Part shown: one piece after another, positions 17,643-26,763 of the stretch
How positions within the stretch are numbered: position 1 is the stretch's first letter
How the letters are laid out: the number at the start of each line of letters is the position of its first letter
Assembly (NCBI GenBank): GCA_023267655.1
Contig: JAHFMV010000001.1
Location: 31,954 to 95,953 of the forward strand
Origin: Candidatus Kaiserbacteria bacterium
GTDB taxonomy: Bacteria > Patescibacteriota > Minisyncoccia > Phycocordibacterales > UBA2100
Reading direction: 5' to 3'
Length of the DNA: 64,000 nt
Position numbers and translations under genes: made by a program
The notes under the pieces: model-generated
Database searches by the model: none
Told to the model about the DNA's origin: nothing
The model's input: the letters and a program-made list of their open reading frames with translations, nothing else

Positions 17643-18965
17643 TCACCCCTCTTGTTCCAGATGTTGTGGAGGTTTCCAAGCGTGCATATATGCATCGGCG
17701 TGTCGATATTGAGATGGTTTAAGGAAGCAGGCTAGGGTTAAAAGTTCAAGTCGCGCTTCATACATAATATTCGGCCGATCGCCATACATCAAGTTGATAT
17801 AATCATTTGCACTTTCAATTCCGCGAGCCATACTTCTAAACTCTTTCACCAATTCTTTTTCCATTGACTCCACCCATGCAACTAGTTTTGGCTCGTTGGC
17901 ATGCCCCTTTTTAAAATTATCGAGCGCGCGGGAAATCTCTATTGTCTCAACGCCTGCGGTCTCAAATGTGCGCAAAAGCCTGTCGTGTCCACCTTTTTTC
18001 ATGCCAAGAAAGAGATGGAGAATTGCCTCGCCACCAGTAGTTGGTTTTTCAGAGGCGAAGTCTGTCTCGAACGCCTGTTCAAGCGCGGCGACAATCTCTC
18101 CATGCAACCCGTCAACGATATATTTGCCAGGTATTTTGCGACCGAGGGTAGTAAATACACGCCCACCCATAGTGGGGTACATCGTTTCCACAATACTAAG
18201 GACATTGGTAACATGCCGCAACGGATGACCGCGCAGCAATCCTTCCGTTACCGCGTGGAGGCGTTCATGATTTTCCGTCGCAATATCACGTACCGGACTT
18301 TCTTTGACAATGAAAACAGGACTGCCGCCGAAGAATATTCCGAGATTGCCTCTAAAGTGTTTCTCCATTGCGCTTGCTGAAATAGTCGCACGAACGGTAA
18401 ATGCGGTGTCGCGCCCTACTTCCATGATGTCATCTGAGACAAGATCTTGTACTCCTCTCTGTCGTAAAAAATTGAGGACATTTTTCCGCAAAGTATCACC
18501 TGTGCCGAGTTGTTCCGCTTGCTTGTACTTAGCAGTAAGGCTGGCTTGCATCACCTGAATATTTTCAAGGAAACGAAGCTCGTATCGCTTGTCTTCCTTG
18601 TAAATTTTTTCCCATCGATCGTAGAGAGGTTCGAGTGTGTTCATTTCCGCCTCCATGTCTTCCACAGCTTCCGTGTCTTCCATTTGCAATCGTTCGATCT
18701 CTTTTTCGACTTCCTGCAATTGCAGGAACCGCTCCTGCGTTTCGACTGAAGCCGATTCGTTGATTGCTCGTACTTTCGTATTCAAAATATCTAGAAATTT
18801 TTCCTTCGGGCAGGTGACTAGGTCTTCAACGAGGTTTCGTGTTGAACGGATCTGATCCGAAAGGGCAGAAAACAGAATCTCACTCTTTTTATCTTCGTAG
18901 TGAGAAAAACGCTCATCGCTCAACGGCATATGTCGCAAGTCTAACATGTCTTTTCCGTGGTACAC
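17643..18965 (-). CDS. Hypothetical protein, coiled coil plus HExxH motif
   Basis: 440-aa AT-richer ORF; ENHERLH is a possible zincin motif. Confidence 0.6.
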   Translation of the reverse strand: MYHGKDMLDLRHMPLSDERFSHYEDKKSEILFSALSDQIRSTRNLVEDLVTCPKEKFLDILNTKVRAINESASVETQERFLQLQEVEKEIERLQMEDTEAVEDMEAEMNTLEPLYDRWEKIYKEDKRYELRFLENIQVMQASLTAKYKQAEQLGTGDTLRKNVLNFLRQRGVQDLVSDDIMEVGRDTAFTVRATISASAMEKHFRGNLGIFFGGSPVFIVKESPVRDIATENHERLHAVTEGLLRGHPLRHVTNVLSIVETMYPTMGGRVFTTLGRKIPGKYIVDGLHGEIVAALEQAFETDFASEKPTTGGEAILHLFLGMKKGGHDRLLRTFETAGVETIEISRALDNFKKGHANEPKLVAWVESMEKELVKEFRSMARGIESANDYINLMYGDRPNIMYEARLELLTLACFLKPSQYRHADAYMHAWKPPQHLEQEG

Positions 18966-18973
18966 TCTATCCT

Positions 18974-19156
18974 ATGAAAGACTGGACGCATCTGTTCGAG
19001 AAATACCGTGGCAAGTGGGTGGTGCTTGAAAAGGACGAGGTCACCGTCCGCGCATCGGGCACCACTGCCCGCAAAGCATACGAAGCCGCGCACAAGCGCG
19101 GGATCTTGTATCGAGTGCCCGAGCGGCTTGAGAACTTCGCGGGCTATGGAATTTGA
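18974..19156 (+). CDS. DUF5678-like small protein
   Basis: EKYRGKWVVL...ASG...AYEAA pattern; TACACT 7 nt before ATG. Confidence 0.7.
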   Translation: MKDWTHLFEKYRGKWVVLEKDEVTVRASGTTARKAYEAAHKRGILYRVPERLENFAGYGI

Positions 19157-19592
19157 GTACAAGCGGTATCTCTATCCTGACGGTCGCATGATCGCACGGC
19201 CCGTGATCCCGATCCTTCTGCGCAATCCGCGTACCAGAGAATCGATCGAATACGAAGCTCTTGTCGACAGCGGCGCCGACCGCTGTGTTTTTCCGAGTGA
19301 GATCGGGGAGATGATCGGCATCGACATCGAGGCCGGCGATCGAGAATTCATCAGTGGTGCCGTGAGCGGAGAGACGCGCCCGCTCTATCTCCATCCCGTC
19401 GAGATCACACCGATGGGCGACGGCGCATCACGCAAATTACTTCTGCACGCGGGCTTCATGACCGACCTATCCGATAGCGGCCATGGCCTCCTCGGTCACC
19501 ACGGCTTCTTTGATGGGATTTTCTTCGTAAAGTTCCGATCACACAAAGGAATTCTTGAGATTGGCACGCGATTAAAGGTCGGCCGGACATAG
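19146..19592 (+). CDS. Retropepsin-like (clan AA) aspartyl protease
   Basis: RPVIPI...ALVDSGAD...GLLG. Confidence 0.8.
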   Translation: MEFEYKRYLYPDGRMIARPVIPILLRNPRTRESIEYEALVDSGADRCVFPSEIGEMIGIDIEAGDREFISGAVSGETRPLYLHPVEITPMGDGASRKLLLHAGFMTDLSDSGHGLLGHHGFFDGIFFVKFRSHKGILEIGTRLKVGRT

Positions 19593-19600
19593 CGTTGCAT

Positions 19601-19726
19601 ATGAAAGTTATCAAATCACTCTCGTTCACCCTTTTTGTCTTCGGACTCCTCGGCTGGCTCTACATCGTCTTGAATTCCGCGATACACCCGTGGACTTTGG
19701 CGATGCCACTTTACACACTGCGTTAG
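19601..19726 (+). pseudogene. Stranded 5' copy of the small membrane gene at 22985
   Basis: MKVIKSLSFTLFVFGLLGWLYIVLNSAIHPWTLAMPLYTLR* versus MRILKAASFTLFVFGLLGWLYIVLNSEIHPWTLSMQL... Confidence 0.85.
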
Positions 19727-19733
19727 TGGCGAA

Positions 19734-20594
19734 TTAAAAATGCTTGCGAACAATCGCGTCTGTCAGTGTTGCGACTCTTTTCATTGCGGCGACGTCGTGG
19801 ACGCGGACGATATCGACACCTCGATCGATTAAAAGCGCGACCGCAGCCGCAGTTCCTTCAAGACGCTCGTGCGCGGGAAGGTTAAGAGTGTATCCGACAA
19901 ATGACTTACGCGATGGGCCGGCAAGGATAGGATAGCCAAGCTTTGTAAGCTCTCGGAAACGGTTCACCAGTTCCAGATTTTGCTCGACGGTTTTCCCAAA
20001 ACCGATTCCCGGATCGATAATAATATTTTCTTTTTTTATGCCTGCAGTGAGAGCGTCGTCGATTGAAACTTGTAACTCACGTTCTATATCCGTCATGAGA
20101 TCGCTGTATTCGACACCGGCATAACGTCCTCCAAGTGAATTGTGCTTAGTAACATCTTTCTCGCGACTACGATTGTGCATCACGACGATGGGTACCCCTT
20201 TGCTCGCAGCAACATGTGCCATGTTTTTGTCGCGTTGCAGACCCCACACGTCGTTAATCATACCCGCGCCTGCTTCAACCGCGTGTCGCGCAACTTCTGA
20301 TTTGTACGTGTCGATTGAAATGGGGATCCGTACTTTCGTCGCGAGACCTTGTATCACCGGGATCACTCGCGCAAGTTCTTCTTCTTGCGAAATCGGCACG
20401 CTGCCGGGGCGTGTGGATTCGCCGCCAACATCAAGAATATCTGCCCCTTCGGCTTCCAATCGTGCACCTTGTTCAATTGCCCCCGCGATCCAATTGTCAT
20501 CCTGAAGCACGCCATCCCCAGAAAAAGAATCAGGCGTGACATTAATGACGCCCATGATATATGTCTTCGAACCCCACGTGAAGTTTTTGTTCAT
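19734..20594 (-). CDS. folP: Dihydropteroate synthase
   Basis: MGVINVTPDSFSGDG, DVGGESTRPG, DPGIGFGK, SRKSF, RVHDV. Confidence 0.97.
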   Translation of the reverse strand: MNKNFTWGSKTYIMGVINVTPDSFSGDGVLQDDNWIAGAIEQGARLEAEGADILDVGGESTRPGSVPISQEEELARVIPVIQGLATKVRIPISIDTYKSEVARHAVEAGAGMINDVWGLQRDKNMAHVAASKGVPIVVMHNRSREKDVTKHNSLGGRYAGVEYSDLMTDIERELQVSIDDALTAGIKKENIIIDPGIGFGKTVEQNLELVNRFRELTKLGYPILAGPSRKSFVGYTLNLPAHERLEGTAAAVALLIDRGVDIVRVHDVAAMKRVATLTDAIVRKHF

Positions 20595-21076
20595 ATCTGG
20601 TGCGCAGTGCGAACGACCCCTCGTGATGAAATCTTTTTGAACAGATATCGCATCGTCAATCGCAGCCGTGGATGAACAAGATCGGGCGCGATATCGGTAA
20701 GAGGTGCAAGAACAAATGCGCGTTCATGCATCCGTGGGTGGGGGATCGTGAGTGAGGGAGAATCCATTTGCTGGTCGTCATACAGCACAATGTCGAGGTC
20801 AATGACACGCGGGCCATTGCGAAAAGTCTTCGTGCGTCCGACTGCCTCCTCTACACTCTTTAGATGCGCAAGGAGTTTTTCCGGCGACAAGTCAGTCCGC
20901 ACTCGCACAACCGCGTTGCAGAATGCCGGTTGTTCGCGTACATATTGCGGCTCGGTCTCATAGATCGGCGATAGTGCTTCAACCACCACGCCCGGCTCCA
21001 GCCTCTGTAGAGCTTCACGCATATGACGAGCCCGGTCGCCGAGATTTGAGCCGAGCGCTATGTATACGATCGCCAT
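20591..21076 (-). CDS. folK: 6-hydroxymethyl-7,8-dihydropterin pyrophosphokinase
   Basis: YIALGSNLGD, GPRVIDLDI, PHPRMHERAFVL. Confidence 0.97.
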   Translation of the reverse strand: MAIVYIALGSNLGDRARHMREALQRLEPGVVVEALSPIYETEPQYVREQPAFCNAVVRVRTDLSPEKLLAHLKSVEEAVGRTKTFRNGPRVIDLDIVLYDDQQMDSPSLTIPHPRMHERAFVLAPLTDIAPDLVHPRLRLTMRYLFKKISSRGVVRTAHQI

Positions 21077-21142
21077 GGACATCAAGCCTATCATTACGCT
21101 GCGATTTTGCGGAAATACCACCGATGCTATAGTGCGGGCACT

Positions 21143-21847
21143 ATGCAGGTAAAGGCTGTACGGACACGCATTTTTAAAGAGGGGGAAGATCTTCTCACCT
21201 TCATTCGTGCCCATATTCCATCGCTCAAGGATGGTTCAATACTTTGCGTTACGTCGAAGATTGTGGCGCTTTCAGAAGGGCGGACAGCGCCGGTCGCGCA
21301 TAAAACAAAACTCATAGCCGAAGAAAGTGAATGGGCTATGCCAACGAAATATGCGTGGTTAACGATTAAAGATGGCACGGTGATGGCGACCGCAGGAATC
21401 GATGAATCGAATGCGAATGGAAAGATAATTCTTTTGCCAAAAGATAGTTTTGTCACCGCAAGTTCCTTGAGAAAAAGATTGCTAAAACTATACGGCATCA
21501 AACATCTCGGAATGATGATCACTGATAGCCGAGTATTGCCGCTTCGTTCTGGCGTGACCGGAGTTGCCGTCGGCTACGCGGGATTTAAAGGCGTCATGGA
21601 CTATCGGGGACAAGCGGATATTTTTGGCCGGAAATTGAAAATGACGCAAGTGAATGTCGCTGATGCTCTTGCGACGTTTGCGGTTCTCGAAATGGGCGAA
21701 GGGAATGAGCAACGCCCACTCGCGGTCGTGAGCGGAGCATCCGTGGTTTTCGTCGTAAAAGTAAATCGCAATGAATTGAAAATCGATATTCAGGATGACT
21801 TATATCGCCCACTTTTCGACAAGTTGCCGAAAAAAGTACGCCGTTGA
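21143..21847 (+). CDS. CofE-like gamma-glutamyl ligase (FolC2-type candidate)
   Basis: VTSKIVALSEGR, GIDESN, TDS..PLRSG..G, DIFGR.L..T...ADALA, GEG.E..P. Confidence 0.85.
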   Translation: MQVKAVRTRIFKEGEDLLTFIRAHIPSLKDGSILCVTSKIVALSEGRTAPVAHKTKLIAEESEWAMPTKYAWLTIKDGTVMATAGIDESNANGKIILLPKDSFVTASSLRKRLLKLYGIKHLGMMITDSRVLPLRSGVTGVAVGYAGFKGVMDYRGQADIFGRKLKMTQVNVADALATFAVLEMGEGNEQRPLAVVSGASVVFVVKVNRNELKIDIQDDLYRPLFDKLPKKVRR

Positions 21848-21853
21848 CCTTTT

Positions 21854-22912
21854 ATGCATCCTACGATAGGTTTCGAGCGAGACTTCTTCTTGTTGCAGGA
21901 GATCAGGGTGAAAAAGAAAGCCAAGGGGCCGATCATGGCCCATATTCTTCGTAAAATCGCGCCACGAATCGGTGCAAAGGTCGTGATGGAGCCGAAATGG
22001 GGTATTGTCGGGCAAATCAATTTTGCGAGTGGTAGGAGACGATACTTTCGCTTTTCGAGTATTGATTTGAATTCGCTTGGGGCGACGGAAATCGCGAAAG
22101 ACAAGGACTACGCAAGCTTTTTCCTGAAGCGCATGGGATATCCAACTATTCAGGGCAAGACGTTTTACGCGAAGACTTTTTGCGAGCAAATCGGATCCGA
22201 CCAAGATATCGACGCGGCATACTTGTATGCCCGAAAAATCGGCTTTCCCGTAATCGTTAAGCCCAACAGTGCGAGTCAGGGAAAAGGCGTTGCGCTCGTA
22301 CATACGCGCCGTGAATTTTACCGGCGTATGCGTGCAATCTTCAGAATCGATCGTGTTGCGCTCGTGCAGAGGCCGGTCGCTGGAAATGATTACCGTATTG
22401 TAGTCCTGGATACGAAGGTAATATCGGCATATGAGCGGATTCCGCTCAATGTCACCGGCGACGGCGTCTCAACAATCCGGCAACTGCTCGAGAAGAAGCA
22501 GGACGCGTTCATTCGAAGTGGGAGAGATACGAAACTCAAGTTTGATGATCCTCGGATATCTGCAAAGCTTTCTCGCGTGAAATTGAGGGTAGATTCTGTT
22601 CTTGAGAAGGGTCGGAAAATATATCTACTCGATAATGCAAATCTTTCTGCTGGTGGTGATTCTGTCGACGTGACATCGCAGATGCATCCCGAGTTCAAAG
22701 AACTCGCGATACGAATTACAAAAGATATGGGACTGCGTCTGTGCGGCGTCGACCTGATGGTCGTAGGGGATATTTCGCATCCCGTGAAGAAGTATTGGAT
22801 CCTTGAGATAAATGCCGCTCCAGGGCTTGACCACTATGCCGCAAGCGGCAAACAACAAGAGAAGATCGTGGAGGATCTGTACCTTGAAGTTCTTAAGAGT
22901 ATGGACGCATGA
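21854..22912 (+). CDS. ATP-grasp ligase resembling the CphA N-terminal/GshF C-terminal domain
   Basis: AKDK, FPVIVKP...QGKGV, DYRIVV, ANLSAGG, GVDL, ILEINAAPG; alternative GTG start at 21908. Confidence 0.8.
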   Translation: MHPTIGFERDFFLLQEIRVKKKAKGPIMAHILRKIAPRIGAKVVMEPKWGIVGQINFASGRRRYFRFSSIDLNSLGATEIAKDKDYASFFLKRMGYPTIQGKTFYAKTFCEQIGSDQDIDAAYLYARKIGFPVIVKPNSASQGKGVALVHTRREFYRRMRAIFRIDRVALVQRPVAGNDYRIVVLDTKVISAYERIPLNVTGDGVSTIRQLLEKKQDAFIRSGRDTKLKFDDPRISAKLSRVKLRVDSVLEKGRKIYLLDNANLSAGGDSVDVTSQMHPEFKELAIRITKDMGLRLCGVDLMVVGDISHPVKKYWILEINAAPGLDHYAASGKQQEKIVEDLYLEVLKSMDA

Positions 22913-22918
22913 CCGCGA

Positions 22919-22950
22919 GGCGCCGGAGCAATCCGGCGCCGCTTTTTATT
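22919..22950 (+). terminator. Intrinsic terminator
   Basis: GGCGCCGGA-GCAA-TCCGGCGCC followed by T-rich tract. Confidence 0.7.
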
Positions 22951-22984
22951 TGCCACTACAGTATTCATACCATATAGTCTATTT

Positions 22985-23203
22985 ATGAGAATTCTTAAAG
23001 CCGCATCCTTTACACTTTTTGTCTTCGGACTCTTGGGATGGCTGTATATCGTCCTCAATTCGGAGATACATCCGTGGACGCTTTCGATGCAGCTCACTCA
23101 TTTTCTGCCGTTTCCGCGCGAGGATACGGCGGGGGAGATTAGTTTTGTCGTGTCGCTCGTTTCTTTCTTTGTTTGGAATCTCGTGAAAGATGGCCAGCGA
23201 TAA
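22985..23203 (+). CDS. Small two-TM membrane protein
   Basis: 72-aa hydrophobic ORF; TATAGT 6 nt before ATG; conserved in the 19601 copy. Confidence 0.75.
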   Translation: MRILKAASFTLFVFGLLGWLYIVLNSEIHPWTLSMQLTHFLPFPREDTAGEISFVVSLVSFFVWNLVKDGQR

Positions 23204-23278
23204 GAACCTAGCGCTCACGCCACTTTCATAATCACTACGCATACTTTATGTGTGGTTATCAGTTAACCTTTAGATTTT

Positions 23279-23431
23279 ATGTTAACAATCGCAGCATTGC
23301 TCGTTGGGCTTTGGTTCTTCGCGCTGATGATGTCATTTACGCTCGGCGGATTTATCCACCTTCTCTTAGTTGTCGCAGTCGTGATGGCGCTCGTGCGCGT
23401 AATCGAGGGGGAAAATCCTCTGCAGGCGTAG
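23279..23431 (+). CDS. lmo0937-family (DUF5670-like) small membrane protein (absent from ORF track)
   Basis: MLTIAALLVGLWFFALMMSFTLGGFIHLLLVVAVVMALVRVIEGENPLQA*; GGFIHLLLV signature. Confidence 0.75.
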   Translation: MLTIAALLVGLWFFALMMSFTLGGFIHLLLVVAVVMALVRVIEGENPLQA

Positions 23432-23466
23432 TTGGGCGACTCTCTGCAGAGTGGTAAAATACGGAA

Positions 23467-24189
23467 ATGGCGCTTCTTGCAGTCTCATTTATCGCCGGCA
23501 TTCTCACCGTCCTTGCGCCGTGCATTTTGCCGCTCTTGCCGGTGGTGATCGGATCATCGGCGACAGGACGCTCGCGCGCGACGCCGTACATCGTTGTCGG
23601 CTCGCTCGCCGCATCGATCATTCTCTTTACCTATCTCCTCAAAGTTTCTTCGCTCTTTATTGATGTCCCGCCGCAATTCTGGACGTATCTCTCGGGTGGT
23701 ATTTTGGTTCTCTTTGGACTCGTTCTCGTCTTTCCGTCGCTCTGGGAAAATCTACCGGGGATCAATCGCCTCATGCGATCGTCCAATGCACTTGTCGGAA
23801 AAGGGTATCAAGAGAAAAGCTTTTGGGGCGATGTCTTGATCGGCGCTGCACTTGGGCCTGTCTTTTCTTCGTGCTCGCCGACGTATTTTGTCATTCTTGC
23901 GTCAGTCTTGCCCGCATCGTTCGTTCTGGGCACGATCTATTTGCTTGCTTACGTCCTCGGCCTCTCGCTCGTACTCCTGTTCATCGCGCTTCTCGGCGAC
24001 AAGCTTGCGTCGCGGCTTTCATATGCCGCGGATTCGCACGGATGGGTCAAGCGCCTCGTCGGCGTTATATTCGTTATTCTCGGACTACTCATCTTTTCCG
24101 GTTCGGAAGCGGGATTTGAAAAATGGCTGCTTGATCATGGCGTCGACCTAATTCCGCTTGAACAGCGAATATTACAAATGTCACAGTAA
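23467..24189 (+). CDS. ccdA: CcdA/DsbD-type thiol-disulfide membrane transporter
   Basis: AGILTVLAPCILPLLP and SSCSP motifs; 6 TM helices. Confidence 0.85.
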   Translation: MALLAVSFIAGILTVLAPCILPLLPVVIGSSATGRSRATPYIVVGSLAASIILFTYLLKVSSLFIDVPPQFWTYLSGGILVLFGLVLVFPSLWENLPGINRLMRSSNALVGKGYQEKSFWGDVLIGAALGPVFSSCSPTYFVILASVLPASFVLGTIYLLAYVLGLSLVLLFIALLGDKLASRLSYAADSHGWVKRLVGVIFVILGLLIFSGSEAGFEKWLLDHGVDLIPLEQRILQMSQ

Positions 24190-24193
24190 TACT

Positions 24194-25240
24194 ATGCGTC
24201 CCGTACTTGCACTCGGTATCATCATCGCTGGACTTGCCGGAGGAGCATTTCTTTACATTTGGTCATCGGGTAATGCGAGTGCCGTTAAAATGTCGCTCAC
24301 GGGCACCGAACCGTACCGCGAAATAGTGAATCCGTCGGGCTTTGTAAACAGCGATCCCTTTACGCTCCAATCGCTCATCGGCAAGAAAGTTATCCTTCTC
24401 GATTTTCTCACCTACAGCTGCATCAACTGTCAGCGCACGTTTCCGGCACTTAATGCATGGTACAGCGCCTACGAAAAAGACGGGCTCGAAATCATCGGCA
24501 TCCACACGCCGGAATTTTCGTTCGAGAAGAATCTCGACAACGTCCGCGCGGCGGCTGCGCAATTCGGCATTAAATTTCCGCTTGTGCTCGACAACGACTA
24601 CTCGACATGGAATTCTTATGGCAACCAATACTGGCCACACAAGTATCTGATTGATATACACGGCAACATTATCTACGACCATATCGGCGAAGGCGGCGAC
24701 AGGGAAACGGAAGCGGAAATCCGGAAGGCGCTCGATGAGCGCGCGTCGGTTCTTGGCCAGAACGTTACGCTCCCGCAGCCGGTGAGCGCGGGCGACGGCC
24801 TTGATGTCACAGCACTTTCTCGCTCACAAGAAATTTATTTCGGCGCGGAACGCAATTCATTCCTCGCGAACGATCCCGGGATGCTCGGCGAATCAGATTT
24901 CATGCTTCCGGATTCATTCAAGCTCAATAGCCTCTATCTCGGCGGGAAATGGAATATCACACCCGAATATGCGGAAGCGAAGGCAGGTGACATGATCGCG
25001 GTACGGTACCGCGCCAAAGAAGTGTATTTTGTGGCGAACGCGCCGTTAGGAGTTGTCATCCACGTGTTCCAAGATGGCAAGCTGCTCGACACACCGGCGA
25101 AAGACGTCGTGAAAGGCGCCGCGACAATTAAAGAGGATCGCTTGTACACGATCATCCAGAATTCGAACATTGAGGAACACGTACTCGAAATCCGTATCGA
25201 AGGTGACGGCCTCAAGGCGTATACACTCACGTTTGGTTGA
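24194..25240 (+). CDS. DipZ-like thioredoxin/redoxin
   Basis: DFLTYSCINCQRT, GIHTPEFSFE, NQYWP, C-terminal YTLTFG. Confidence 0.85.
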   Translation: MRPVLALGIIIAGLAGGAFLYIWSSGNASAVKMSLTGTEPYREIVNPSGFVNSDPFTLQSLIGKKVILLDFLTYSCINCQRTFPALNAWYSAYEKDGLEIIGIHTPEFSFEKNLDNVRAAAAQFGIKFPLVLDNDYSTWNSYGNQYWPHKYLIDIHGNIIYDHIGEGGDRETEAEIRKALDERASVLGQNVTLPQPVSAGDGLDVTALSRSQEIYFGAERNSFLANDPGMLGESDFMLPDSFKLNSLYLGGKWNITPEYAEAKAGDMIAVRYRAKEVYFVANAPLGVVIHVFQDGKLLDTPAKDVVKGAATIKEDRLYTIIQNSNIEEHVLEIRIEGDGLKAYTLTFG

Positions 25241-25245
25241 TCGAT

Positions 25246-25803
25246 ATGGCGTGGAAAATATTTCTCGGGGTTGGTGCGATCTTTGCGATACATGCAGTTG
25301 TGTTGTGGTTGCTCGGTCAACCCATAATCTGCGCGTGCGGGTATGTCCAGGTGTGGCACGGTAGTGTACTCGATGCGGGAAACTCGCAGCACCTGTTCGA
25401 CTGGTACTCGCTCTCGCATGTCATTCACGGTCTCTTGTTCTACGCGCTGTTCACCTACCTCTTTCCACGACTGCCGCTTGCGCACCGACTGCTGCTATCG
25501 GTCGGTCTCGAAGCCGCATGGGAAATTGTTGAAAACACTCCGGCGGTGATTAATTACTATCGCGAACAAGCGCTTGCCCAGGGATATTCCGGCGACAGCA
25601 TCATCAATTCGCTGAGCGACGCAGTCGCCGCTCTGTGTGGATTTCTTTTCGCTTCACGGGCCCGCACGTTGACGAGCGTCATAGTCGCGCTCTTCCTAGA
25701 GTGCCTCGCACTCTATATGATCCACGACAATTTGACGCTCAATATTATGCAATTTTTCTGGCAGCCGGACTTTTTAGCGCAGTGGCAGTCGCAGATACAA
25801 TGA
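25246..25803 (+). CDS. DUF2585 family membrane protein
   Basis: ICACG, NSQHLFDWYSLSHVIHG, WEIVENTP, GDSIINS. Confidence 0.85.
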   Translation: MAWKIFLGVGAIFAIHAVVLWLLGQPIICACGYVQVWHGSVLDAGNSQHLFDWYSLSHVIHGLLFYALFTYLFPRLPLAHRLLLSVGLEAAWEIVENTPAVINYYREQALAQGYSGDSIINSLSDAVAALCGFLFASRARTLTSVIVALFLECLALYMIHDNLTLNIMQFFWQPDFLAQWQSQIQ

Positions 25804-25897
25804 AAGAGAAAGGTATCCACAGCCATGTCGTTACCTCTCTTTACAGAGGAGAATATGCGCTACAATGCAGGCATTACGTAGGGAAACTTTATTTATT

Positions 25898-26287
25898 ATG
25901 GATCTTTCGATATTTCTCGCACAGTTGTTCGGCCTTTATTTCTTAATCGCGGGCGGCATCATCATGATGCGCCAAAAGTCATACATGCACATCATGATGG
26001 ATGTGCTCGGTAACAAAGGCCTCCTTACGGTGGTTGCTGCGTGCCAGCTCATCGCCGGCCTCGCACTGGTAATCGCGCATCCTATTTTCACTACAGATTG
26101 GCAAGGTCTCATTACGCTGATTGGTGTGTGGATTGCAGTCGAAGGCGTCTTTTATCTCGCGGCTCCGTACACGAAAGTCATGAAATTTGTGCGGATGTTC
26201 AACAATTCGACGTGGTTTACTTCCGGTGGGCTTCTTGCAGTCGTTCTTGGAGCCTACTTAGCCGGCAAAGGCTTTGGCTTCTGGTAG
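25898..26287 (+). CDS. Four-TM membrane protein
   Basis: MDLSIFLAQLFG...; hydrophobic throughout. Confidence 0.7.
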   Translation: MDLSIFLAQLFGLYFLIAGGIIMMRQKSYMHIMMDVLGNKGLLTVVAACQLIAGLALVIAHPIFTTDWQGLITLIGVWIAVEGVFYLAAPYTKVMKFVRMFNNSTWFTSGGLLAVVLGAYLAGKGFGFW

Positions 26288-26319
26288 GAAACCAATACAA
26301 AAGCGTTGTATCATATAGC

Positions 26320-26724
26320 ATGCGCTTTGTTGCGATAACTGCCATCTTTCTTGCATTGATAGCCGCCGGGATGGTGTTCATCAATCATTCGACAGACCAA
26401 AGCATCGCGGCGCGCATACAAATCCTCGGCATCTGGCGCAGTACGCAAGATTCGAAATTCACGCGTGAATTTAAAAATGACGGCAAGGTCATCGATGCCT
26501 ACGAGGGATCTTCGCTCAATTCCGACGGACGATGGGTGATTTTTACTAAACAGATGCCGATTGATGCGCTTCCGGAGGCCCTCGAGGATGGTGCAGTCTA
26601 TCTCTCAATAGCGGCACCAGAGAGCGAAGCACAATATTTTAAGATCGCATCAATCAATTCGCACGAATTGCAGCTTGTATATTTGGATCGCGGCGGTATC
26701 ATCTCGTTCACGAAAATCCAGTGA
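26320..26724 (+). CDS. Secreted hypothetical protein (lipocalin-like beta pattern)
   Basis: Signal anchor then ILGIWRS...F..DG; TATCAT box before ATG. Confidence 0.6.
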   Translation: MRFVAITAIFLALIAAGMVFINHSTDQSIAARIQILGIWRSTQDSKFTREFKNDGKVIDAYEGSSLNSDGRWVIFTKQMPIDALPEALEDGAVYLSIAAPESEAQYFKIASINSHELQLVYLDRGGIISFTKIQ

Positions 26725-26763
26725 TCCCTTTGGTTTCGCACCATGTGCAGCTAGTATGTGCGG

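Noticed and set aside
21854-22912. Cyanophycin synthetase cphA
   Set aside because: Only the ATP-grasp part is present; the Mur-ligase half and cphB are absent
26734-26745. 12-bp match TTTCGCACCATG to the KMO-remnant junction (11926-11937, reverse)
   Set aside because: Too short to exceed chance in 64 kb, and no associated duplication seen
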